A stretch of 64,000 nt of DNA from Candidatus Thalassarchaeum betae (lineage in GTDB: Archaea > Thermoplasmatota > Poseidoniia > Poseidoniales > Thalassarchaeaceae), in assembly GCA_003193925.1 (NCBI GenBank), contig PSPG01000007.1, positions 1 to 64,000 of the forward strand. Direction: 5' to 3'. The position numbers and the translations under genes were made by a program. Position 1 is the first letter of the stretch, and the number at the start of each line of letters is the position of its first letter. Below are positions 19,665-28,889 of this stretch, piece by piece. Below the pieces are notes generated by a model. The model made no database searches. It was not told where the DNA came from and saw only the letters and a program-made list of their open reading frames with translations.

Positions 19665-22214
19665 GTGGCGCAGTCATCAGACCAGCCCTCGCGCAGGCTC
19701 GAGGACTTGAATCTCGACGACAGGATCGTGGAAATGCTGCGTGACCAGTGGGGCATCGAGGAGCTCTTTCCGCCTCAGGCCGAGGCCTTGCCCCCCGCCC
19801 TCTCTGGACGCAACGTGATGCTGACGATCCCCACTGCCAGCGGCAAGTCGCTGGTCGCGCACCTGACCATTGTGCACCGACTCACTACCGACTTGGAGGG
19901 AGCGCGGGCGCTGTACATAGTACCGTTGAAGGCGCTCGCCACAGAGAAGGTCAAGGAACTCAGGGCAATCGCAGGAAGCGTTGGACTGCGAGTTGGCCTA
20001 GCGATTGGCGACAGAGATGGTGAGACCGGGCTGATCGAGGATTCGGACATTCTCGTCTGCACCAGCGAGAAGCTGGACTCGCTGCTCCGGACCCGCTCGG
20101 AGCTGATGGACAAGGTCGGGATAGTGGTCAGCGACGAGTTCCACCTCCTGCACGACCCGGGCAGGGGTCCGACCCTCGAGATCCTGCTCTCCCGCATCAG
20201 GCACCAGCGACCGGAGGCTCAGATCATCGCCCTCTCAGCCACTGTCGGCAACTCCGAGGAGATGGCCGAATGGCTGGATGCCGAGTTGATCGTCTCCGAC
20301 TGGCGCCCGGTCACGCTCCGCTACGGCACGCTCACCGGCCTGGATGTGAGCGTCCACCGGGTCGACGGCAGGGGTGACGAGGAGTTGCCTGAGCCGCGTT
20401 CGATAGAAGGCAAGTCGACTCATCCCCTGCAGGCCGTCCTCGAAGACACGGTGCGAGACGGGGGTCAGCTCCTCGTCTTCGTCTCGTCGCGAGCCTCCGC
20501 CCAGAAGGAGGCGCGCGAACTCGCCAGGCACACTCGCAGGAGACTGGTCGAAGGCAGTGACGCGTTCAATCCCGGCTTGACGGAGCATTGGGATCGGATT
20601 GCCGACAGACTGGCTAGGCGGAATGACGACTCTGCGATGGTCAAGGCCCTGGTCACCTCCGTCAGAGGAGGTGTTGCCTTCCACCATGCCGGGCTCACGA
20701 GCGGGCAGCGCTGTCTGATCGAGGAGGCGTTTCGCGAAGGCTGGCTCCTCTGCGTTGTCGCGACTCCGACCCTCGCGCAGGGCGTCAACCTCCCTGCCCG
20801 GCGCGTCGTGGTAAGAGACCTGAGGCGCTGGAGCACGGTGGCGGGCAGGACCATGCCACTGCCGGTGATGGAGGTCAGGCAGATGATGGGCAGGGCTGGC
20901 AGGCCGAAGTACGACGATGTCGGAGATGCCTGGCTGCTCGCCAAGAGTCGCGAGGAGGAGGCCGACCTCGTCGACCTCTACCTCCTCGGGGCTCCCGAGG
21001 AGGTGACTTCGAAACTGGCCAATCCAACAGCTCTGCGCGCCGAAGAGGACCCAGCGCTACTGACTCACGTGCTCTCCATGGTTGCGACCGGTGGCACCGA
21101 TGACCGAGACGCCTTGGGACGTTTCTTCTCGAAGACATTCCTCGCCACCCAAATCGACTCTGAGTCGCTGGCCGCGAGGATCGACGATGTCGTCAGCTGG
21201 CTCGCTGCCAATGGGATGGTCGACAGGCTAGGCGAGTCTGACGAGGTCAAGGCGAGGATGCTGGAGGAGGAGCCAGTCCAGGAGCCGGAGGAATGGGAGG
21301 ACGAGGTGCCCTCGTGGGTCGGCTCGGCCTCCGAAGTCACCGGCCTCGACGTCGCTTCTGGACCAATCAGGAGATACGGCGAGAAGCCTCGCAGGGGCCC
21401 GCCGATCTTCGGCTTCCGCAAAGCCAGCATACATGATTCGTACGAGCCTGACCCGCCCGAATCGCCTTCGATGACTTACAAGGCGACCGCTCTCGGAGAG
21501 AGGGTCGCTCAACTCTACCTCAATCCGATATCAGGGCGCATCATCCGTGACGGCTTGGGGCGGGCCATGGCCATCCTGACGGGAGAGGACAAGCACGGGC
21601 AGGTCTCGCCACTCAGCCTCTTGCATCTGGTCTCCTGCACGCCCGACTTCATGCCGCTCTGGCCTCGCAAGGACGACTACGACGCCATCCAGGCCGCTTT
21701 GCACGGGCACGAGCGCGAGTTCCTAGCCGAGCCCATCGACTTGGACGAGGAGCGGCGGATGAAGGGTGTGCTCGTCCTGCAGTCGTGGAGCGACGAGTCG
21801 CGCGTAGATCACATTGAGCAGGAGTGGAACGTCCAGCCGGGGGACCTGCACGGGCGGGTCGAACAGGCCGAGTGGCTGCTGTACGCCACTCGGCGTATCC
21901 TCGCGGAGGACAAGGAACTGGCCTCTCTCGACAAGGGTGCACACCGCACTCTCGTCGAAGCGGTCGACGAGATGCACAGGAGGGTGCGATACGGCTGCAG
22001 GGCCGACCTGCTGGGCCTCGTCGCCCTGCGGGGGGTCGGCCGAGCCAGAGCAAGGCAGATGGCCGACCTGCTGGGAGTCTCGAACGCCGCGGACGTCGCT
22101 GCGCTAACCGAGAGGGACCGCGAGAGGCTGTCCGACCTGCGGGGATGGAGCCCTCAGCTGGTTGAGAACCTGGTCGCGGGGGCCGGGCGGTCCATCAGAC
22201 GCCGCTCCCGCTAG
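19665..22214 (+). CDS. hel308: Ski2-like SF2 helicase Hel308/Hjm
   Basis: ELFPPQ, PTASGKS, PLKALA, TSEKLDS, DEFH, LSAT, WRPV, FHHAGL, TPTLAQGVNLPA, QMMGRAGRP, GVGRARAR; cgi121 downstream. Confidence 0.93.
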   Translation: MAQSSDQPSRRLEDLNLDDRIVEMLRDQWGIEELFPPQAEALPPALSGRNVMLTIPTASGKSLVAHLTIVHRLTTDLEGARALYIVPLKALATEKVKELRAIAGSVGLRVGLAIGDRDGETGLIEDSDILVCTSEKLDSLLRTRSELMDKVGIVVSDEFHLLHDPGRGPTLEILLSRIRHQRPEAQIIALSATVGNSEEMAEWLDAELIVSDWRPVTLRYGTLTGLDVSVHRVDGRGDEELPEPRSIEGKSTHPLQAVLEDTVRDGGQLLVFVSSRASAQKEARELARHTRRRLVEGSDAFNPGLTEHWDRIADRLARRNDDSAMVKALVTSVRGGVAFHHAGLTSGQRCLIEEAFREGWLLCVVATPTLAQGVNLPARRVVVRDLRRWSTVAGRTMPLPVMEVRQMMGRAGRPKYDDVGDAWLLAKSREEEADLVDLYLLGAPEEVTSKLANPTALRAEEDPALLTHVLSMVATGGTDDRDALGRFFSKTFLATQIDSESLAARIDDVVSWLAANGMVDRLGESDEVKARMLEEEPVQEPEEWEDEVPSWVGSASEVTGLDVASGPIRRYGEKPRRGPPIFGFRKASIHDSYEPDPPESPSMTYKATALGERVAQLYLNPISGRIIRDGLGRAMAILTGEDKHGQVSPLSLLHLVSCTPDFMPLWPRKDDYDAIQAALHGHEREFLAEPIDLDEERRMKGVLVLQSWSDESRVDHIEQEWNVQPGDLHGRVEQAEWLLYATRRILAEDKELASLDKGAHRTLVEAVDEMHRRVRYGCRADLLGLVALRGVGRARARQMADLLGVSNAADVAALTERDRERLSDLRGWSPQLVENLVAGAGRSIRRRSR

Positions 22215-22247
22215 AGACCCTTCTTCAACCGGAGGCTATCGCGTGCC

Positions 22248-22817
22248 ATGGCGGATGCTCACTTGGTGCCTTGGTTCCCCGCATGGGGCGTCAGCATGCC
22301 CGAGCCGATTGGCGAACCGGCTGATGTCGTCGCGTTGTTCAACGAGTGGAGACCGAGCGAGCGATGGCTGCTGCTGGCCTACGAGGCCGCCTGCAGCGAG
22401 ATTCGGCTCTGGACTGCCTGGTCGGCGCTGAGGCGCCGTGAGAAGGAGGGCAGGATGGTCGCTAGGACCTGCGATGCCGAGTTCCTCAGACTGATCTCCG
22501 GCACGCACCAACTGAGCACCGCCTTCGAACGCGCCGGGATTAACAGCGGTGACGAATTCGCTTGGATCGTCTACCTGCCTGAGTTCGGGGAGGGTGAGGG
22601 GTTCGGCGAAATCAAGATCCCCCGCTCGACGTATCTCAACAACGACTTGGGGGCTACGAGACTGATCGAGCACCTCGGGGGTACGCTTCTGGCCCGAAGG
22701 CCGGTACCCTCAGAGGAGGGTCTGCTCAGGCTGGGTGCTATCGAGCCTGGAGATTCGATACAGGTAACCAAACAAGAGGACGCTTACCTGCTCCACACCG
22801 CACTCGCAGACATGTGA
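22248..22817 (+). CDS. cgi121: KEOPS complex subunit Cgi121-like
   Basis: MVARTCDAEFLRLISGTHQLSTAFERAGI resembles the Cgi121 core; hel308-cgi121 adjacency is known in Euryarchaeota. Confidence 0.7.
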   Translation: MADAHLVPWFPAWGVSMPEPIGEPADVVALFNEWRPSERWLLLAYEAACSEIRLWTAWSALRRREKEGRMVARTCDAEFLRLISGTHQLSTAFERAGINSGDEFAWIVYLPEFGEGEGFGEIKIPRSTYLNNDLGATRLIEHLGGTLLARRPVPSEEGLLRLGAIEPGDSIQVTKQEDAYLLHTALADM

Positions 22818-22824
22818 TGGTGCA

Positions 22825-22843
22825 TTGACCCCTTCGGGGTCAA
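22825..22843. terminator. Perfect 8-bp hairpin after cgi121
   Basis: TTGACCCC-TTC-GGGGTCAA. Confidence 0.4.
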
Positions 22844-22882
22844 ACTCATAGGTGAGCACCCTGAGGGCGGTGCGGCGATACG

Positions 22883-23128
22883 ATGGGGAAATTCTACGGT
22901 TTCCGGCACTGCGTGACCTGCAAGGTCGACTGCACAGCGGGTAACTTCATCGACTTCGAGAGCAAGAGATACTGCACGGCGTGCTGGATACAGAGTAACA
23001 ATCCCGACCACCCTGAACTCGAACAGATCAGGGAGCAAGTGAAGGATGCTGCTGAGCAGTGGAAGTGCCTCAGGTGGAGTCGCGAGGAAGGCCCTCTTCC
23101 CGATGGCCCAAAGCCGGTACGCCGATGA
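22883..23128 (+). CDS. Small putative zinc-finger protein (81 aa)
   Basis: CVTC...CTAC pairs; fills the gap; its stop is embedded in the GAGGTGA SD of pepF. Confidence 0.65.
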   Translation: MGKFYGFRHCVTCKVDCTAGNFIDFESKRYCTACWIQSNNPDHPELEQIREQVKDAAEQWKCLRWSREEGPLPDGPKPVRR

Positions 23129-23137
23129 GGTGAGAGA

Positions 23138-24844
23138 TTGACCTCGAGTTTCGTAACCGAGGACTTCGATGCGTCAAAATGGGAGAACATCGAGCCCTAC
23201 GCCAACGACCTGCTGACTAGGGAGCTGACCTGCTCAGGATGCCTCGAGAGGCTGATAAAGGACAGTTCGACGCTCGCTGAGCACGTCTCGGAAGCAGGCA
23301 CCCTGCTCAGCATCGCGATGACCTGCGACACCGAGAATTCCAGCAAACTGCAGTCCTACCTCGACTTCGTCGAGAACGTCCAGCCGAAGCTGTCCGAGTT
23401 CGCTGACGCGCTCAACAGGAGGATGGCAGGGCATCCCGCTGTCGAGGAGTTACCCTCCCGCTACGACCTGATGATCAAGTGCATCCGCACCGACATTGGA
23501 ATCTTCAGGGAGGAGAACATCCCGCTTCAGGTCGAGGAGGCCAAACTCGAGACCGAGCATAGTACCATCACCGGGGCAATGATGGTCGAATACGACGGCG
23601 AGGAGAAGACCCTGCCACAGATGGCGATCTACCTCGAGGACACCGACCGCAGCGTCCGCGAGTCGGCTTGGCGGGCAATCACAGCCAGGATGGAGCAAGA
23701 TGCAGAGCGGCTCTCGGAGATTTACGATGAACTGATTCGAATCCGCCATCAGATCGCCACCAATGCCGGATTCGACGACTACCGTTTCTACATCTTCGAA
23801 GCCAAGCATCGCTACGACTACTCTCTAGATGACTGTCTGCAGTTCCACGACTCGATCGAGAGCGTGTGCGTGCCTCTGATGCACCAGATACACGGGGAGA
23901 GGCGCACTGCCTTGGACGTCGAGGCCCTGCGCCCGTGGGATGTCGGTGAGAAGTCTGGCGGCGGGGTCGATATCCACGGCAGGTCGCCCCTGCAGCCTTT
24001 CGATACCGTGGATGAGCTGATCTCCGGCTGCTCGAACATCTTCCACAGCATGTCGCCCGAGCTCGGAGGGATGTTCGACATGCTGAAGGAGAGGGACTCA
24101 CTGGACCTCGAGAGCAGGAAGGGAAAGGCTCCGGGCGGGTACCAGGCTAATCTCGAGAAGACCCGAATCCCGTTCATCTTCATGAACGCAGCAGGAACCC
24201 AAGGCGACCTGATGACGATGGTACACGAGGCGGGGCACGCCTTCCACTCGTGCTACAGCTCGGAGTTGGACCTCATCGACGAGCGCAACCCGCCACTGGA
24301 GTTCGCTGAGGTCGCTTCGATGTCGATGGAGTTGATGAGCCATCCTGAGTGGGGCGAGTTCTACAGCGAGGAGGAGGCTCGCAGGGCCAAGGCGGACCAC
24401 TTGGAGAAGATCGTCTGTTTCATGCCGTGGATGGCGACTATCGACGCCTTCCAGCACTGGGTGTACGCGAATCCGGAGCACTCCCGCGAGGAGCGCGCGG
24501 AGCACTGGCTGGAACTGAGGCGGAGGTTCGGGCCCAAGACCGACTGGAGCGGCTTCGAGGACCTGAAGGAGACTTCGTGGCAGGGCCAGCTGCACCTGTT
24601 CCAGGTGCCATTCTACTATGTGGAGTACGGAATAGCGCAACTCGGGGCGCTGCAACTGTGGCAGTACCACAGGAGGGACGCCTCGGACGCGCTCTCGCGC
24701 TACGCTCGGGCGATGAGCCTAGGCAACACTAAGCCCCTGCCAGAATTGTTCGGAGCAGCCGGCCTGAACCTCGGTTTCGGCGAGGAGCACGTAGGCTCCC
24801 TAATCGGTGAGTTGAACGAGGCCCTGACAGAGATCCAGGCCTGA
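23138..24844 (+). CDS. pepF: M3B oligoendopeptidase F
   Basis: RKGKAPGGY, PFIFMN, HEAGHAFH, EFAEVASMSME, HLFQVPFYYVEY; TTG start after GAGGTGA. Confidence 0.93.
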   Translation: MTSSFVTEDFDASKWENIEPYANDLLTRELTCSGCLERLIKDSSTLAEHVSEAGTLLSIAMTCDTENSSKLQSYLDFVENVQPKLSEFADALNRRMAGHPAVEELPSRYDLMIKCIRTDIGIFREENIPLQVEEAKLETEHSTITGAMMVEYDGEEKTLPQMAIYLEDTDRSVRESAWRAITARMEQDAERLSEIYDELIRIRHQIATNAGFDDYRFYIFEAKHRYDYSLDDCLQFHDSIESVCVPLMHQIHGERRTALDVEALRPWDVGEKSGGGVDIHGRSPLQPFDTVDELISGCSNIFHSMSPELGGMFDMLKERDSLDLESRKGKAPGGYQANLEKTRIPFIFMNAAGTQGDLMTMVHEAGHAFHSCYSSELDLIDERNPPLEFAEVASMSMELMSHPEWGEFYSEEEARRAKADHLEKIVCFMPWMATIDAFQHWVYANPEHSREERAEHWLELRRRFGPKTDWSGFEDLKETSWQGQLHLFQVPFYYVEYGIAQLGALQLWQYHRRDASDALSRYARAMSLGNTKPLPELFGAAGLNLGFGEEHVGSLIGELNEALTEIQA

Positions 24845-24892
24845 ACCGGCAGTATATTGCCACCAACGACCTAGCGGCGCAGAGGTGAGAGG

Positions 24893-26194
24893 TTGGAGAG
24901 CGTGGCTGAAGTCAGTTACTTCGGACGGCTGAGGCAGTTCAGCCGCAATGCGAGGCTGTACCTGCTCCACATCATCGGGATGGACCTCATCCACGGGGCG
25001 TGGGAGGTCCTGTTCAACCTCTACCTGCTAGCAGTGGGGTTCGATGTCAGGTTCGTCGGAATCAGGATAGCGGTACTCGGGATCGCCGGCGCTCTGGCTT
25101 CGGTTCCCGCGGGCCGTCTCGCAGACCGCATTGACCGCAAATGGGGATTCATCATCGGCGATGGCGGCGGGGCGGTTTGCGCCTTGGTCCTCATCATGTC
25201 AACTGACGCGACAATGATCCTTGCCTTCTCGGCCGTCTCGGCCTGCTTCAGCGCTCTGCATCGCGTGACCGAGTCGCCGTTCATGGCCGAGAACTCGGAG
25301 CCCGAGGAGAGGATACACTTGTTCAGCGTGGAGCAGGGACTGTCCACCCTTGCTGCTATGGCCGGGGCCCTGATCGCAGGGTTCCTTCCAAGGTACCTGA
25401 TGAGCTCGGAGGGCATGACTCTGATCGAGGCATATCGCTGGGCTGTCCATATCGGAATCGCCTGGTGGTTCCTTTCGCTGATACCGGCTATCATGCTCAG
25501 GAGGTACGTCTCGGAGGAGGTGGCCCGAGCCAGAGCCGAGGTCGAGCAGGAGAAGCGCGGCGGTTGGCTGTCTGCGATACGGACCCCGAAGACGGTGTAC
25601 CACTTCGTCGTGATCGGCACCCTGCTCTCCCTAGGAGGGGGCTTCGTGCTCCGTTTGGCGAACATCTTCTTCCACTACGACCTGCATGCGCAAGAGCACC
25701 AAATCGGCATGGTGTTCGCAGCGGGCTCGTTCTTCTTAGCCATCGGTGCCTTCGCCGTGCCTCTTGTCGTAGAGAGGCTGGGGGAGGTGGCCACGATCGT
25801 GTGGACGAGGTTCGCGGCAGTCCCGTTCATCCTTCTGATCGGGTACGCACCGGAACTCGCCACGCCAGAGACAGTGGTCTCGCTGGCTGGTCTGGCTTGG
25901 GTTCTGAGAACCACGCTGTTCAATATGTCAGGCCCGGCGTTCGAAGCCTTCAGCATGGGTCAACTGCATCCCACTGAGAGAGCGACCTACATCGGCATCT
26001 CGCACCTGTTCGGAAGCGCTATGGTTGCTGTCGGAGGCTATCTGGGGGCCGTCCTGATGGACAGCGGGGACTTCCGCACGCCATTCCTCGTGATGGCGGT
26101 GCTGTACGCCATCTCGACTGCGTTGTTCATGCGCTGGTTCAAGGGCGCTCCGGGCCTTTCGGACCCGAGCAGCCTACGGGAATCAGTCCGTTAG
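24893..26194 (+). CDS. MFS transporter
   Basis: About 12 hydrophobic segments; motif [11 protein letters not shown]. Confidence 0.9.
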   Translation: MESVAEVSYFGRLRQFSRNARLYLLHIIGMDLIHGAWEVLFNLYLLAVGFDVRFVGIRIAVLGIAGALASVPAGRLADRIDRKWGFIIGDGGGAVCALVLIMSTDATMILAFSAVSACFSALHRVTESPFMAENSEPEERIHLFSVEQGLSTLAAMAGALIAGFLPRYLMSSEGMTLIEAYRWAVHIGIAWWFLSLIPAIMLRRYVSEEVARARAEVEQEKRGGWLSAIRTPKTVYHFVVIGTLLSLGGGFVLRLANIFFHYDLHAQEHQIGMVFAAGSFFLAIGAFAVPLVVERLGEVATIVWTRFAAVPFILLIGYAPELATPETVVSLAGLAWVLRTTLFNMSGPAFEAFSMGQLHPTERATYIGISHLFGSAMVAVGGYLGAVLMDSGDFRTPFLVMAVLYAISTALFMRWFKGAPGLSDPSSLRESVR

Positions 26195-27184
26195 GCCCTC
26201 GGATGTCACGGTGAAGACCGCCTCGCCATCAGGCAGGTTGGGGCTGTCGACAAGGCGGGCTATGCGTCGGCCCCCCTTCGACTTCCTGAGGTACAAGCGG
26301 AATGTGCTGGCGTGTGCGACGATGTGGCCGCCAATCGCCCTAGTGGGGTCCCCCCACATGGAATCGGGCTTCGACATGACCTGGTTGGTAACCAGAATCA
26401 GAGCGTTCTGGACGTCTGCCAGCTGCTTGAGTTCCTTCATGTGGCGGTTGAGTTTCTGCTGCCTCGGAGCGAGCATGCCGCGGCCGATGTACTCGGCCCG
26501 GAAGTGACTCGTCAGCGAGTCGACGATGACCAGCTTGACGTCTATGTTCTTCGACATCCTCTTGATCTCGTCAACGAGAAGGGTCTGGTGCGCTGAATTG
26601 TACGCGCGGGCAACGTGGATCCTGTCAAGCGCGTCCTGCGGGTCGATGCCGACCCCTTCGGCCATCTGCGCTATGCGCTCGGGCCTGAACGTGTCCTCGG
26701 TGTCGATGTAGAACACCTCGCCATCGAGGCCTCCCTGGTCGAGAGGCAGGATCGTGTTGACGGCGAGCTGGAGCGCAATCTGGGTCTTTCCGCTGCCGAA
26801 CTCACCGTACACCTCGACGATGGCCTGAGTCTCGAATCCCCCCCCCAGCAACTCGTCCAGGGAGGAGGAGCCGGAAGTCAGTTTCTTCACCCGTCGGCGA
26901 CGATCCAGCAGGGCTTTGCCGCTGATGAAACCGCCGATGTTGGCTATCTTCTTGGCGCCCGCGATGATCTTGGCGGCGACGGCCTCGCCCAACTCGGCCT
27001 GCTCAGCCAGCTCCACCGGGCTCATCACCGCTATCGCGAGCAACTCCTCGAATCCGGCCTCACGCAGTTTCTCCGCGGTCGCGGGACCCACTCCTGGGAG
27101 ATCCTCTATCGTGTTCTCCGGCTCATCCACGTCAATCACTACCTCCTCTTCCTTTACACTCTCACTTGCAGTCTTCTTGGTCAC
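26183..27184 (-). CDS. radA: DNA repair and recombination protein RadA
   Basis: [15 protein letters not shown] Hh[51 protein letters not shown]; GTG start after AGGTGA. Confidence 0.97.
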   Translation of the reverse strand: MTKKTASESVKEEEVVIDVDEPENTIEDLPGVGPATAEKLREAGFEELLAIAVMSPVELAEQAELGEAVAAKIIAGAKKIANIGGFISGKALLDRRRRVKKLTSGSSSLDELLGGGFETQAIVEVYGEFGSGKTQIALQLAVNTILPLDQGGLDGEVFYIDTEDTFRPERIAQMAEGVGIDPQDALDRIHVARAYNSAHQTLLVDEIKRMSKNIDVKLVIVDSLTSHFRAEYIGRGMLAPRQQKLNRHMKELKQLADVQNALILVTNQVMSKPDSMWGDPTRAIGGHIVAHASTFRLYLRKSKGGRRIARLVDSPNLPDGEAVFTVTSEGLTD

Positions 27185-27322
27185 TTCTCTCACCTGTATG
27201 GCCGATATCGGGCTTCGATAGTATTTGAACAAACGATGGACCCCCTAGGGCGGTTGAAAGTGCTTCACACTGCGTACTTCCTAGGAGTGCGGCATTTTTC
27301 ACTTTCAGTTCAGATTCGTTCG

Positions 27323-27400
27323 TGGTAGCGGATGGTGGATTTGAACCACCGGTCTCCGGGTTATGAGCCCGACGAGATAACCTGGCTACTCCAACCCGCT
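27323..27400 (-). tRNA. Initiator tRNA-Met (CAT), CCA encoded
   Basis: Reverse complement AGCGGGTTGGAGTAGCCAGG...TCGGG-CTCATAA-CCCGG...TTCAAAT...ATCCGCTACCA; A1-U72 and three G-C anticodon-stem pairs mark the archaeal initiator. Confidence 0.95.
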
Positions 27401-27515
27401 TCGGACCCGCCGTAAACGGTTGGTTATATGAACAGCACCTTAGACGGAGGGAAGGCATGAGCGCGCATACGAACAGTCATGGGACTTCTCGCGCCGCAGC
27501 CTTTCAGGTGAGAGC

Positions 27516-28889
27516 GTGGCCGGGGACCTGCTGATTCGCAATTCTGTGATGATAGTGGGTGGGCGTGCCGTTGACGGCGATATGCGGGTGGTCGACGGGC
27601 TCATCGGCAGCATCGCTCCTGGAGGCGGTCTCGAGCCCCGCGACGGCGAGTTGGTCATCGATGGCGATGGCTTGCACCTGCTACCCGGCGCCATCGACCC
27701 GCAAGTGCATTTCCGCGAGCCCGGGCAGCCGGAGAAGGAGGATATCGAAAGCGGCAGCAGGGCCGCTGCTGCTGGGGGGGTCACTGCCTTCCTCGACATG
27801 CCGAACAATGTCCCCATCGCGACCAGCATGGCTGCGATGCGGGACAAGCTAGACTCGGCCGCGCGCACCGCGGTGACTCATCACGGGTTCTTCATCGGGG
27901 CCACGCCAAACAACGTCAGCGAACTACAGGCAGCGGTAGGGTCCCCCGATGCGCCCTCGCCGAGCGCCGGCATCTGCGGAATAAAGGTCTTCATGGGGAG
28001 CAGCACGGGCGACCTGCTGGTCCACGAGCAGCAGCACCTGGAGGGCATCTTCGCTGGCACGGCGGGCATCATCGCGGTGCACGCCGAGGACGAGGACAGG
28101 CTCAACACGCGCAAGCCGGACTACGAGGACAGGACCGACGTCGCCGCGCATGCCGAGTGGCGGGACAGCGAGACCGCGTTCATCGCGACCCAGCGCGCCG
28201 CTGGGCTCGCCAATGACCATGGGCACAAGCTGCATGTCCTTCACCTGACCAGTGCACTGGAGGCAGACTGGCTGGCGAGCAACAAGGGCAGCCTGATTAC
28301 CACTGAGGTCTGCCCCCAGCACCTCACTTTCGACGACAGCGACGTGGCCGAGCGTGGCACCCGCCTGGTGATGAACCCGCCAATCAGGTACGCGGGGGAC
28401 CGTGAGACGCTATGGCGCCGGCTCAAGGACGGCACCATCGACTGCATCGCCACCGATCACGCACCCCACACCCTCGACAACAAGGCCCTCGGCTTCCCCC
28501 ACGCCCACGCCGGGATGCCCGGGGTGGAGAGCTCGTTGCCGCTGATGCTGACTCACGCGGCCGACGGGAGGTGCAGCGTCGCTGATGTGGCCCGCTGGAT
28601 GTGCGAGGGACCCGCACGCGTGTACGGGATGAGGGGCAAGGGCCGGCTCGAGGAGGGCATGGACGCCGATCTCGTGCTCGTCGACATGGAGACCCGCAGG
28701 TCCTTCTGCGACGCAGACACCTGGACGCGGGTCGGCTGGACAGCTCTCGACGGGATGTCGTTGATAGGCTGGCCGATGTTCACCATCGTGGACGGCGAGG
28801 TCGTCCATTCGCGTGATGCGGGCGGGCCTCTGCGCGGAAACGCGGTCGCTTCACCCGGCTCAGTCGGGCGGGCTCTGGAATTCTCCTAA
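27516..28889 (+). CDS. pyrC: Dihydroorotase / cyclic amidohydrolase
   Basis: IDPQVHFREPG, AAAAGGVT, DMPN, KVFMGSSTG, HAED, EVCPQHL, MNPPIR, ATDHAPH. Confidence 0.82.
   Translation: MAGDLLIRNSVMIVGGRAVDGDMRVVDGLIGSIAPGGGLEPRDGELVIDGDGLHLLPGAIDPQVHFREPGQPEKEDIESGSRAAAAGGVTAFLDMPNNVPIATSMAAMRDKLDSAARTAVTHHGFFIGATPNNVSELQAAVGSPDAPSPSAGICGIKVFMGSSTGDLLVHEQQHLEGIFAGTAGIIAVHAEDEDRLNTRKPDYEDRTDVAAHAEWRDSETAFIATQRAAGLANDHGHKLHVLHLTSALEADWLASNKGSLITTEVCPQHLTFDDSDVAERGTRLVMNPPIRYAGDRETLWRRLKDGTIDCIATDHAPHTLDNKALGFPHAHAGMPGVESSLPLMLTHAADGRCSVADVARWMCEGPARVYGMRGKGRLEEGMDADLVLVDMETRRSFCDADTWTRVGWTALDGMSLIGWPMFTIVDGEVVHSRDAGGPLRGNAVASPGSVGRALEFS

Noticed and set aside
21231-21476. Hel308 insert as a mini-intein
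   Set aside because: No N-terminal Cys/Ser block and no His-Asn followed by C/S/T; too short and low-complexity
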